This document shows, in pieces, positions 10,245 through 19,960 of a DNA stretch of 64,000 nt (position 1 is its first letter; the number at the start of each line of letters is the position of its first letter). A program made the translations under genes and the position numbers. This DNA comes from an uncultured Chloroflexia bacterium (GTDB lineage Bacteria > Chloroflexota > Limnocylindria > QHBO01). Below the pieces are notes generated by a model. The model searched no databases and had not been told where the DNA came from. It worked only from the letters and a program-made list of their open reading frames with translations. The stretch covers positions 32,001 through 96,000 of the forward strand of contig CAWFCQ010000006.1 of assembly GCA_963814375.1 (NCBI GenBank), given 5' to 3'.

Positions 10245-10547
10245 CCTGATTTCGCGGAAGCCGACGCTGAATCTGAGCACGATTCCGGCGTTTCGGCTTG
10301 TCTGGTAGACCACTTTGGAGCGGTGGCGCTAGGGTCTTAGAACGTAAGCCCCGACCCGCTTTCAAGGGAAGCCGGGACCCACTTCGTGGAGGCCATAGAT
10401 GGCTATCCGCTCCAACCCGTAGCGTACCCGACGCTGCCCGCAAGGGCCAGCGACACGCCGCCCTGTGTGTGTGGGGTCGCCATTGCCAAGGCCAGATGAC
10501 CAACAGCGGGCGGACCCGCAGGTCCTGCGCCAAAGGAGAACCTCTCA

Positions 10548-10949
10548 ATGGCGAAATCGCGCAAGCCAAGCGCGTCACGAAAACCGCCCGAGCCGTCGGA
10601 TAGCCACTCGAAGATCGAGGACTGGATCCGGAGCGTGATGCCGGATCTCCATCCTGTCGTCCAGCGGCTCGACGAACTCATCCGCGAGACGATCCCCGGG
10701 CTTCAGTACGCCATCAAGTGGAAGCAGGCGTACTACGGGTTGCCAGAACTCGGGTGGATGATTGAAATCGTCGCCTATGACGTCTCCGTGAACGTCGTTT
10801 TCCTTGGCGGCGCGGACTTCGACTCTCCGCCCCCGCTTGGAGACACCGACAGGAGCCGATACGTCAAGGTGAAGACGCTGGAGGATGTGCAGCGACGAGA
10901 GATGCACGAGTGGATCGATCAAGCCGGGCGTGTGGCGGGGTGGAAGTGA
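10548..10949 (+). CDS. DUF1801 (YdhG-like) protein
   Basis: LDELIRETIPGLQYAIKW..AYY; AAAGGAG RBS. Confidence 0.8.
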   Translation: MAKSRKPSASRKPPEPSDSHSKIEDWIRSVMPDLHPVVQRLDELIRETIPGLQYAIKWKQAYYGLPELGWMIEIVAYDVSVNVVFLGGADFDSPPPLGDTDRSRYVKVKTLEDVQRREMHEWIDQAGRVAGWK

Positions 10950-10992
10950 CGGTCGGCAGACCTGTGGCGTTAATGACAGGTGCAGGCATGGC

Positions 10993-11664
10993 TCAGCCAT
11001 CCTCGTTGTTTTCGAAATCTGGCCAAGCCGCGATGTCGACGCCATGGTTCTCGGGCGACGCGACTGTCCACCAGTGAGGCGCATGCGTGTCGTCGGCGAG
11101 CCGTCCGCCCGCTTCCATCGCCGCCGCGACCCTCGCTTCAGCGTGATCCGCCGGCACGCTGACGTCGATGTGCGTCCGGCCGCGCCCCGGTTTGGGTGGG
11201 TGGAGGCGTTGGAACGACACGTGCGGATTGCGGCGGTGCCGATCGACGACGTCCTCATTCGCTCCGAGGCTCCTGTAGCCGAGGGCGGCCGCCCAGAACG
11301 GCCCTACGTCGCTGCCGGCATCCTGTGCCACGGCGATGCCCACGACCTGAACCTGGGACGGGTCCGGCTCAGCGTGTAGCGTCCGAGCCTCGACCGAGAT
11401 CCGGCGGGCCAGCTCAACGTCACGCTCGCTCAGGGCGCCGTACTCGCCGGACGCGGTCCGGACCGTCACCCCCTCCGGCCGCAGGTCCACATCGGGGAAG
11501 TGGCCCACGGCCTCGGCCACCTCTGCGATCGCGGCAACAAATCTGGCTCCGTCCGCGAACGACTGAACGCCGAAAAAGGCATGCGCGCCCGAAAACAGGA
11601 CCCGCCAGTCCTCCACTCCGACGGCGTCGTGGAAGGCCCGGGCAGTTGTTCGCTTCTCGCTCAT
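10993..11664 (-). CDS. Pterin-4a-carbinolamine dehydratase fused to glyoxalase-like (VOC) domain
   Basis: AEAVGHFPDVDL, LSERDVELARRIS; RTHIDV, WWTVASPENH. Confidence 0.85.
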   Translation of the reverse strand: MSEKRTTARAFHDAVGVEDWRVLFSGAHAFFGVQSFADGARFVAAIAEVAEAVGHFPDVDLRPEGVTVRTASGEYGALSERDVELARRISVEARTLHAEPDPSQVQVVGIAVAQDAGSDVGPFWAAALGYRSLGANEDVVDRHRRNPHVSFQRLHPPKPGRGRTHIDVSVPADHAEARVAAAMEAGGRLADDTHAPHWWTVASPENHGVDIAAWPDFENNEDG

Positions 11665-11700
11665 GGGCCGATTCTAGGCAGGCATGGAAAACGGGACTCC

Positions 11701-12007
11701 TCGCGATCCATCGCGGCCGATGCACCCGAGGCCCGATCGAGGTGCTGATCCCGCGATCCATCGCGGCCTCGCACGCACGAGCAGCACCTCCAGGTGCGCT
11801 TCAGGCGTGCCGGTTCGCGATCCATCGCGGGAACGCAACCCCAGGCGGGCTTCTGGTGAATCTGTCGCGATCGGTCGGGCCGGAATCCGCCGATCTATCG
11901 GTCAATCCTTCACACGAACGCTCGATCGCGTGCCGTCATGACCGATGTATCGGTTGGAATCGCGCGGGAAGGCACGGTCGCGTGAGCTTCTGACCGATCT
12001 ATCGGTC
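11701..12007. repeat. Palindrome-array intergenic element, copy 1 (3x CGCGATCCATCGCG + 3x CCGATNTATCGG)
   Basis: Palindromes at 11702, 11752, 11816, 11890, 11941, 11993; colinear with 17428-17723. Confidence 0.9.
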
Positions 12008-12050
12008 TATTCGGGCGACCCGCCTCGGGCCAGCCGGTTGGCCGCGCGCT

Positions 12051-12494
12051 CTAGCTGGCCGCCCCCGCGGCGACCAGGTAGCCCTCGGTGACCTCGTCCT
12101 TGTGGGCGGCGAAGGCAGCGAGGACCTCGCCCTTCTCCGTCTCGGGCACGCCGACGGTGTCCAGCGTTCGGCCGAGCTCGGCCGCGACCTCGTCGAACTC
12201 GTCGGGTGAGATCTTCAGCTGCCGATGCGCCTCCTCGAGGCCAAGGGCCGTGCTGCCCGGGCGCACCGCGGTGTACTGGAAGGGGCCGCCGGCGACGTTG
12301 CACACCCACAGCGTGCGCATGAACTTCAGGCCCGGCAGGCGGTCGAGGCTGTTCGTATGCCACTCGCGCAGCGCGGGATTCTCCGACTGCTGCCCCACGA
12401 TCGGGTTCTTGATCAGCGCATCGCTGAAGTGATCGACGACGGCGGCGATCGAGAAGGCTCCGCCGAGTCGGTCATAGAGGGTTGGGTCGCCCAT
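12051..12494 (-). CDS. Group I truncated hemoglobin
   Basis: TLYDRLGG..IAAVVD.F, GGP..Y, EAH..L.I...FD; GAGGAG RBS. Confidence 0.88.
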   Translation of the reverse strand: MGDPTLYDRLGGAFSIAAVVDHFSDALIKNPIVGQQSENPALREWHTNSLDRLPGLKFMRTLWVCNVAGGPFQYTAVRPGSTALGLEEAHRQLKISPDEFDEVAAELGRTLDTVGVPETEKGEVLAAFAAHKDEVTEGYLVAAGAAS

Positions 12495-12533
12495 GGTCGT
12501 GCACTCCTCGCGCTCTATCGCTAGTCAGCGCTA

Positions 12534-12563
12534 GTGCTACACCCGCCGGGAGGCGCGTGTCAA
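12534..12563 (-). promoter_or_regulatory. Putative sigma70 promoter of the globin gene
   Basis: TTGACA-18nt-TAGCAC on minus strand. Confidence 0.5.
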
Positions 12564-12589
12564 GAGGGCGAGCGCCCGACGGCTCCGGG

Positions 12590-12738
12590 AAAGACGAAGG
12601 CCCCCGCCGAAGCGGGGGCCTTCATTGCTGCCGGATTCGCTAATTGCAAGGGCATCTTTCACGCACGGTTACCCGTACTACCCTAACCCTAACCTACCCA
12701 TGGCCTTGCAACCAGTAGTGAATCGCTGTGCGAACAGC
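12590..12738 (-). ncRNA. Candidate structured small RNA with telomere-like G-rich loop
   Basis: Own promoter, 5' hairpin, long closing stem, GUAA-tetraloop hairpin, UUCG terminator; no credible ORF. Confidence 0.7.
12596..12623 (-). terminator. Intrinsic terminator
   Basis: GAAGGCCCCCGC-TTCG-GCGGGGGCCTTC followed by GTCTTT. Confidence 0.85.
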
Positions 12739-12744
12739 ACCGTC

Positions 12745-12773
12745 AGAATAGACCACCTGTTCCCTTTGGACAA
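12745..12773 (-). promoter_or_regulatory. sigma70-type promoter of the candidate ncRNA
   Basis: TTGTCC-17nt-TATTCT in an AT-rich patch. Confidence 0.7.
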
Positions 12774-12852
12774 GGGTTTCGGAGGTTTAGATTCCTTTAC
12801 ATTGCAAAGCGGTATGGCCGGCCGACCGGTGGGAACGGCCGATGCGCCACGC

Positions 12853-13518
12853 TCAGCCCGACGGTGTCGGAGCGCTGTCCGCGCTGATCACGATTGACAG
12901 AATCGTCACCGTCTCGAGCGGGACACCGATGCGCGGGTCGTTCACCGGCACCTCGGCGATCGCGTCGACGACATCCGTCCCGGCGACGACCCTGCCGAAG
13001 ATCGTGTAGCTGCCGACCGCGCGCAGCTGGTCGTCGAGATCGGCGAGGGTGATGAAGAACTGGCTGCCGTTGGCAACGGTGTCGTTGGCCATCGCGACCG
13101 TGTACTTGTCGAATGCCAGGTCGTCCGACGGTGGCTCGATCTCGAAGTCGTAGCCAGGCCCACCCGTGCCGAGGCCCTCGAAGTCACCGGTTTGCGTCCT
13201 CGTCTGCGGGTCGCCTGCCTGGATCACGAATTCGGCGAGCACGCGGTGGAACCAGATCCCGTCATAGAAGCCGCAGCGTGCCAGCGAGACGAAGTTCGCG
13301 GTAGCGATGGGGGCCGCCTCCCCGTACAGCTCGATGTCGAACGAGCCGCCGACTCCGCCCTCGACCGTGACCGTGGCGAGCGTGGCGTCCTCCAGGGTGG
13401 CTTGGGCGCCATTGCGCGTGGGCGCTTCGGATGGGCACGGGATCGGCGACGCCGCCGGCGTTGCCTGGCAGGCGGACAGCGCGATGAGGCAGACCAGAAA
13501 GCCGACGAGCGCCCTCAT
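12853..13518 (-). CDS. Cyclophilin-type peptidylprolyl isomerase (lipoprotein)
   Basis: LSAC lipobox; NFV.LAR.GFYDG..FHRV...FVIQ.GDP, NGSQFFI, YTIFG. Confidence 0.92.
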   Translation of the reverse strand: MRALVGFLVCLIALSACQATPAASPIPCPSEAPTRNGAQATLEDATLATVTVEGGVGGSFDIELYGEAAPIATANFVSLARCGFYDGIWFHRVLAEFVIQAGDPQTRTQTGDFEGLGTGGPGYDFEIEPPSDDLAFDKYTVAMANDTVANGSQFFITLADLDDQLRAVGSYTIFGRVVAGTDVVDAIAEVPVNDPRIGVPLETVTILSIVISADSAPTPSG

Positions 13519-15149
13519 CGGCCGTTCAGGTCGAACTGGCGGCGGGCGTAGCTGATCGGCATGGTGCCGCCGTACAGCAGCGTGTCGTGGAACCGCCGGA
13601 GGTCGAAGGCCGGGCCCTCGTGCTTCTCAACATCGGCTTTGAGCTGCTCGATCATGTGGCGCCCGTATAGGTACGAGAGCGGCTGCGTGGGCGAGTAGGT
13701 GTAGCGCTTGATCTCGGCCATGGCGGCGGAGCGCTCGAATCCGGTCTCGGCCACGAGCCGGTCGACCGCCGCCTCGAAGCCGATCTGGCCTCGATGCAGC
13801 TGGATGTCGAGGATGATCCGCGTCGCGCGCCAGATCGCATCGGTGTGGACGACGAACCGTCCGGCGGGCGTGTCGTCGAAGCCGGCCTCCTTCATCATTC
13901 GCTCGCAGTAGAACGCCCAGCCTTCCGCGAACTCCGGGGCGTCGGAGAAGAGGCGCACGAGGCTCGGGTTGGTGATCGCCGCCGCCAGCTGGTGGTGGTG
14001 GCCCGGATACGCCTCGTGCACGCTGGTGTTGCTGATCGCGGCCCGGTTGTGCTCGCGCATCATCTCCGGCGAACCCGGAGGGGTGACGATGTACGTGCCG
14101 ACCGGGACCGCGTCGAACTTCGCCGGCTCGTAGTACGCGGCGAACGGGATCACGTGGCGCACGTACGTCGGCGTCTCGATCACGTTGAGGTGATCCTCGT
14201 CGGGGAGCGTCGCGAGGCCGTGCTCGGCCACGAAGCTGCGGGCGCGGTCCATCGACGAGCGGTACTCGGCGAGCGACTCGACGAAGGTCGCGGCGTGGTC
14301 GCTCTTGACGGCCTCGAGCGCGTCGGCGGCCGATCCGCCGGGCTCGATCTCGGCGCTCACGGCGTCGCGTGCGGCATGCTCGCTGACGAGGAGCTCCTCG
14401 CCGACGGCCAGGATGTCGTCACCGCCTGCCTCGAGCTCGCGCAGCCGGACCATCTCCTCGAAGTGCTCGGGTCCCGTCACCCACTCGCCTTCGGCGCGCG
14501 GAAGGACCTCGTCGCGCAGCCACGCGCCGTGGTCGGCGAGCGCGGCCTTGGCCTTCTCCGCCGCCGCGTCGAGGCGGTCCATGAGCGGCCCCTCGCCTGC
14601 CTCGGCCCGGCCCGCCGCCAGGATCGTGTCGAGGAACCCCGGCATCTCGCGGGTGGAGACGAGCTCGATCTCGATCCAGAGGCGTACCGGATGCGTCACC
14701 CGGTCGCGCGACTCGATCAGAAACCGTGGCGACTGCTCCAGGCGCGAGGCGATGCTCTCGAGTCGTTCGGTCAGCGGAGCGAAGTCGCGCGTGAAGAGCG
14801 GAAAGAGCGCCTCGCCGATGCGATCGGCGCCTTCCGTCCCGCCTGCCCAGGCCCGATGCTCCGTCAGCCAGAAGTGGCCGAGCCGCGCCTGGTGGATGGC
14901 GAGGTCTCGGTCGAGGGCACGTTCCGGCGTCAGCTCCGAAGGGTCGAAGCCGGAGAGCTCATCGATCGTGCGTCGATAGAACGCGATCTCCTCGTCGATT
15001 GCATCGCGTCCTCCGCGCGAGAGATCGCCATCTCGATCGTGGATGCCGAAGTAGGTCGCCGTCTCCGGGCGCATCGCCAGCTGGTCGCGGAACCAGCGGT
15101 CGATCGTGCGATCGAACCTCGCGTCCGCATCGGACGGTGCCATCGTCAT
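13515..15149 (-). CDS. DUF885 family protein (metallopeptidase-like)
   Basis: HEAYPGHHHQ, EGWAFYCE, PTQPLSY..G, FH...L..G. Confidence 0.9.
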   Translation of the reverse strand: MTMAPSDADARFDRTIDRWFRDQLAMRPETATYFGIHDRDGDLSRGGRDAIDEEIAFYRRTIDELSGFDPSELTPERALDRDLAIHQARLGHFWLTEHRAWAGGTEGADRIGEALFPLFTRDFAPLTERLESIASRLEQSPRFLIESRDRVTHPVRLWIEIELVSTREMPGFLDTILAAGRAEAGEGPLMDRLDAAAEKAKAALADHGAWLRDEVLPRAEGEWVTGPEHFEEMVRLRELEAGGDDILAVGEELLVSEHAARDAVSAEIEPGGSAADALEAVKSDHAATFVESLAEYRSSMDRARSFVAEHGLATLPDEDHLNVIETPTYVRHVIPFAAYYEPAKFDAVPVGTYIVTPPGSPEMMREHNRAAISNTSVHEAYPGHHHQLAAAITNPSLVRLFSDAPEFAEGWAFYCERMMKEAGFDDTPAGRFVVHTDAIWRATRIILDIQLHRGQIGFEAAVDRLVAETGFERSAAMAEIKRYTYSPTQPLSYLYGRHMIEQLKADVEKHEGPAFDLRRFHDTLLYGGTMPISYARRQFDLNGR

Positions 15150-15215
15150 GTTGGGCTCACCTCGGGGCTGCGCCGCGCGGTCGCGTCGGCGCCGTGGGCT
15201 TGGCGGTGGGAGGCG

Positions 15216-16259
15216 TCAGCCGGCGGGAGCCAGGACGCGCTCGAGGAAGCCTAGCACCCAGGCGCCGTAGGCCTCGTTGCAGACCTCCGGCGACTCGGTA
15301 TGCCCGGCTCCCGCGCACATCTCGAGCGTCGCCGGCGAGCCTGCCTCGGTCGCCGCCGCCAGCAGGTCCTGCGGATCGTCAGCGCCGATCGAGGTGTCCT
15401 GGTCGCCCGAGATGATGAGCACCGGCCGCTCGTCGAGCCGGGCGATTGCCTGCACCGGATCGGCAGAGCTGACATCCTCGCCGGTGCGCATCAGCGTCCC
15501 GAGCAGAGTGGCCCAGCTGCCGGGCACCGCCAGCGGGTAACCGCCACTCTCCAGCCGGGCCACGATGGCGTTGGCCAGCGTCGCGTGGGTCGACTCGATG
15601 ACCACGGCGTCGATCCGCTCGTCGCCGTCGGCTGCGCCGAGCACGCTCGCCCCACCCATCGACACCCCGAGCAGGGCGACCCGGTCCGGGCCCTTGGTCG
15701 CCTCGAGCCAGTCGACGATGGCCCGCACGTCGCCGGCCTCCCGGACGCCCTGCGTCGTCAGGGATGCCTCGCTCTGGCCATGGTTCCGGAAGTCGATGAG
15801 GACGAGGTTGTAGGCGTCGTGCAGCAGCGCCGCGCGGTCGAGGAGGTTGCTCTTGTTGCTGCTCCAGCCGTGTGCCAGCACGACCGTCGGCCCGGTCGGC
15901 CCGACGCCGCTTGCGGCGGGCACGTACCAGCCCGCCAGCCGTACGCCATCAGCGCTCGTCAGCGCCTCGCCGGCCGGAGCGCCCTGGGACGCGCAGTCTT
16001 CCGGATCGGGCACGTGCTCGACCGCGGCATCGGTGGCGATGTCGTAGTTGATGGCCTCGTACTCCCAGCCCAGCAGCGCCGGGGTGCGGCAATCGGTGGT
16101 GTCGTTGGGCGCATCGGTCAGCCGGGCGGACGCGTCGTAGCCGATGTAGGCGAAGTACACGACGAGGGCCACGAGGAGAGCGGCGAAACCGAAGCTGACC
16201 CACCGCGCGATACGGGTGCGGCGCTCGGTCGCCGGATCCAGGGGCAGCTCAAAGGGCAT
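15216..16259 (-). CDS. Membrane-anchored alpha/beta hydrolase
   Basis: N-terminal TM, HGW, DFRNHGQS, GVSMG nucleophile elbow, C-terminal GH. Confidence 0.88.
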   Translation of the reverse strand: MPFELPLDPATERRTRIARWVSFGFAALLVALVVYFAYIGYDASARLTDAPNDTTDCRTPALLGWEYEAINYDIATDAAVEHVPDPEDCASQGAPAGEALTSADGVRLAGWYVPAASGVGPTGPTVVLAHGWSSNKSNLLDRAALLHDAYNLVLIDFRNHGQSEASLTTQGVREAGDVRAIVDWLEATKGPDRVALLGVSMGGASVLGAADGDERIDAVVIESTHATLANAIVARLESGGYPLAVPGSWATLLGTLMRTGEDVSSADPVQAIARLDERPVLIISGDQDTSIGADDPQDLLAAATEAGSPATLEMCAGAGHTESPEVCNEAYGAWVLGFLERVLAPAG

Positions 16260-16320
16260 CCGGGCGGGAGTATACGGCCCGCTCGCCGGGCAGCCGCGTT
16301 CCGCGTACAATCCCTCGCCG

Positions 16321-16812
16321 ATGACCAGCCGCCCGACGATCCGAGCCGCGTCTGCCGCCGTCGCCCGCCGCCGGGGCGCCCACGCGCTCACCCCCGAGCA
16401 CCTGGGCGACGCAACCGCGGCCGCGACCCTGGCGGTCATCGTCGGGGGCATCGCCCTGATCATCACGGGCATCGGGATGATCGCGATGGCGCTCACCATC
16501 GGAGCCCGATTCGGCAGCGAGCCGCCCCCGAACGTCGGCTCGCTCGCGATCCTTCCGATCGAGATCGGCATCGGCGTCCTCCTCCTCGGCGGAGCGCTGG
16601 CGGTCGGCGGCGTCGCGGTGCTCGCGGACGCCACCCGCGCGCGTCCGATCACCGGCGCCCTCGCCGCGGTTGCCGCCGGCCTGGCGGCCCTGGGTACGGT
16701 CGCGGTGATGACCCTTCCCCCTCCGGCGCCGGTCATCGCGATCGCCCTCACCGTCGCGGCCCTCGTCTTCGGCATCGCCGCGCTGCTGCTGCTCCTGCGC
16801 CCTCGCCGCTGA
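16321..16812 (+). CDS. Hypothetical membrane protein
   Basis: 4 hydrophobic segments; TACAAT upstream. Confidence 0.65.
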   Translation: MTSRPTIRAASAAVARRRGAHALTPEHLGDATAAATLAVIVGGIALIITGIGMIAMALTIGARFGSEPPPNVGSLAILPIEIGIGVLLLGGALAVGGVAVLADATRARPITGALAAVAAGLAALGTVAVMTLPPPAPVIAIALTVAALVFGIAALLLLLRPRR

Positions 16813-16822
16813 ATCGGCCCTC

Positions 16823-17257
16823 ATGGCCCGCTCGATCCTGATCGTCGCCGCGATCGCGTGGCTCGTGGCGGGCGTGGCGGCGCTGGCGGTGGCGCTCTTC
16901 GGCAGCGCGTGGGTCACCAGCCTCCTTCCCCCTCTGACGATCGACGCCGATGCGGTTCGTGGCGCCACCACGGCGCTCGCGTTCGGCCTCCTGGCGATCG
17001 GGGCGGCGCACCTGGCTGTGCTCGCATCGATGCGCGCCGGCCATCGGCTCGCGCACAGCGCCGGCATCCTCCTGGCTGCCTTCCTGGCGGCCGCCCTCTT
17101 TGCGTTGGCGGTGGCGTCGGCGACGAGCGCGATGGTGACCCCGGCGAGTGCTCCGATCTTCGTTGCGGTCGCGGTCGGATGCGCCGTCGCGTCGGCCGGC
17201 TACGGGCTCGTCGCCGTGCGACTCATCGGCGAGCGGAGGTCCGAATCGGCCTTCTGA
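16823..17257 (+). CDS. Hypothetical membrane protein
   Basis: 4 hydrophobic segments, closely follows previous gene. Confidence 0.6.
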   Translation: MARSILIVAAIAWLVAGVAALAVALFGSAWVTSLLPPLTIDADAVRGATTALAFGLLAIGAAHLAVLASMRAGHRLAHSAGILLAAFLAAALFALAVASATSAMVTPASAPIFVAVAVGCAVASAGYGLVAVRLIGERRSESAF

Positions 17258-17313
17258 GGGCCCTCTGAAGGGCGTTCTGATGTCTGCTATGCTCGGCCAC
17301 CGTCACTCCCCGC

Positions 17314-17390
17314 GGGCCCGTGGTGTAGTGGCCCAACATGCCAGCCTGTCACGCTGGAGATCGCCGGTTCGAATCCGGTCGGGCCCGCCA
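17314..17390 (+). tRNA. tRNA-Asp (GTC)
   Basis: GGGCCCG...CCAGC-CTGTCAC-GCTGG...GGTTCGAATCC...CGGGCCCGCCA; TGCTATGCT extended -10 at 17285-17293. Confidence 0.97.
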
Positions 17391-17427
17391 GTCTAGCAGT
17401 CGAGCTCGGCCTCGCGCTGCCCACCGG

Positions 17428-17723
17428 TCGCGATCCTTCGCGGCCGATGCACCGGGGGCCGATCGAGGTGCTCTCGCGATCCATCGCGGCCCACACGCAC
17501 GAGCAGCACCTCCAGGCGTTCTTCAGGCGTGCCGGATCGCGATCCATCGAGGAAACGCAGCCTCAGGTGCGCTCTGGTGAATCCGTCGCGATCGGTCGAG
17601 CCGAATCGCCGATCTATCGGGTGAATCTTCACGGGGTAGTCCTGGGTGTCGTGTCGACCGATGTATCGGTCCTAATCACACCGGGAAGGCTCCGCCGTGT
17701 GAGCTTCTGACCGATCTATCGGC
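17428..17723. repeat. Palindrome-array intergenic element, copy 2
   Basis: Palindromes at 17429, 17475, 17538, 17609, 17657, 17710; spacers homologous to copy 1. Confidence 0.9.
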
Positions 17724-17733
17724 GGTTGCGCGG

Positions 17734-18564
17734 TCAGCGCTTGCCGCGGCCTCCGGCGGCGTCCTGGACGGCCTCCTTCGTCGCCTTGCGGCTGGCCGCC
17801 TCCTTCTGGGTCTGCTCGCGCGACTGGTAGTGCCTGGTGATAGCCTCGCAGGCCTCGTCGATGTCGTCGGTGATCGTCACGAGATCGAGGTCCTCGACGC
17901 TGACCTTCTCCTCGTACAGCGGCTTGTCCCGGATCCACTGCATCATCCCCTCCCAGTAGTCCTTGCCGTAAAGGACGACCGGGAAGTGCTCCACCTTTCC
18001 GGTCTGGATGAGGGTCAGCGCCTCGAACAGCTCGTCGAGCGTCCCGAAGCCGCCGGGAAAGATGACGAACCCCTCCGCGTACTTCACGAACATCACCTTG
18101 CGCACGAAGAAGTAGCGGAACTCCATGCCGAGATCGACGTATTCGTTGAGCCCCTGCTCGAACGGCAGCTCGATGTTGCAGCCGATCGAGATGCCGTCGG
18201 CCTCCTTCGCGCCGCGGTTGGCGGCCTCCATGATCCCCGGGCCGCCGCCGGTGATGATGGCGAAGCCCTCCTTGACGAGCGCGGCGGCGAGGCGGCGTGC
18301 GGCACCGTAGTAGCGGTTGCGGCGGCCGACGCGCGCGGAGCCGAAGATGCTGACGGCTGGGCCCACCTCGGCGAGGGCGTCGAAGCCCTCCACGAACTCG
18401 CCGAGGATGCGCAGCGTGCGCCACGTGTCGGTCTCCTGGAAGGCCGATGTCGGCTCGCGCGATCGAAGGAGCTTCTGGTCCTCCGTGCCGTGATCGTCGG
18501 GCGTATGTCTGCGCACGACGACGGCTCCGCGTCGGCGTTCGGGCTCTTTCTTCCTACGCGGCAT
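17734..18564 (-). CDS. LOG family (TIGR00730) nucleotide phosphoribohydrolase
   Basis: FGSAR, TGGGPGIMEA, FFVRK, PGGFGTLDE. Confidence 0.92.
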   Translation of the reverse strand: MPRRKKEPERRRGAVVVRRHTPDDHGTEDQKLLRSREPTSAFQETDTWRTLRILGEFVEGFDALAEVGPAVSIFGSARVGRRNRYYGAARRLAAALVKEGFAIITGGGPGIMEAANRGAKEADGISIGCNIELPFEQGLNEYVDLGMEFRYFFVRKVMFVKYAEGFVIFPGGFGTLDELFEALTLIQTGKVEHFPVVLYGKDYWEGMMQWIRDKPLYEEKVSVEDLDLVTITDDIDEACEAITRHYQSREQTQKEAASRKATKEAVQDAAGGRGKR

Positions 18565-18678
18565 GGTTCCTCTCGCGCTCGACAGCCATTGGGACCGATG
18601 TTAGGGTGGGCCCTCGCCGGCATGGCACCTGCATCGCGTGGGCCCTGCCGGCTGGACTACGTAATGGGATGAATTCTA

Positions 18679-19925
<1,247 letters not shown>

Positions 19926-19960
19926 GTCGTTCGGCACCCGGGGGCGTGTAGCATCGGGGG

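Noticed and set aside
11701-12007. CRISPR array
   Set aside because: Repeats are only 12-14 bp and of two types. Spacers vary in length and are homologous between loci. No cas genes are present.
12681-12699. Eukaryotic telomere contamination, telomerase RNA or retron
   Set aside because: Only about 2.5 repeat units, embedded in a bacterial promoter-stem-terminator unit. No reverse transcriptase is in the window.
12625-12897. 90-aa plus-strand ORF
   Set aside because: TTG start, atypical codon usage, and it runs antisense over the promoter and structured RNA.
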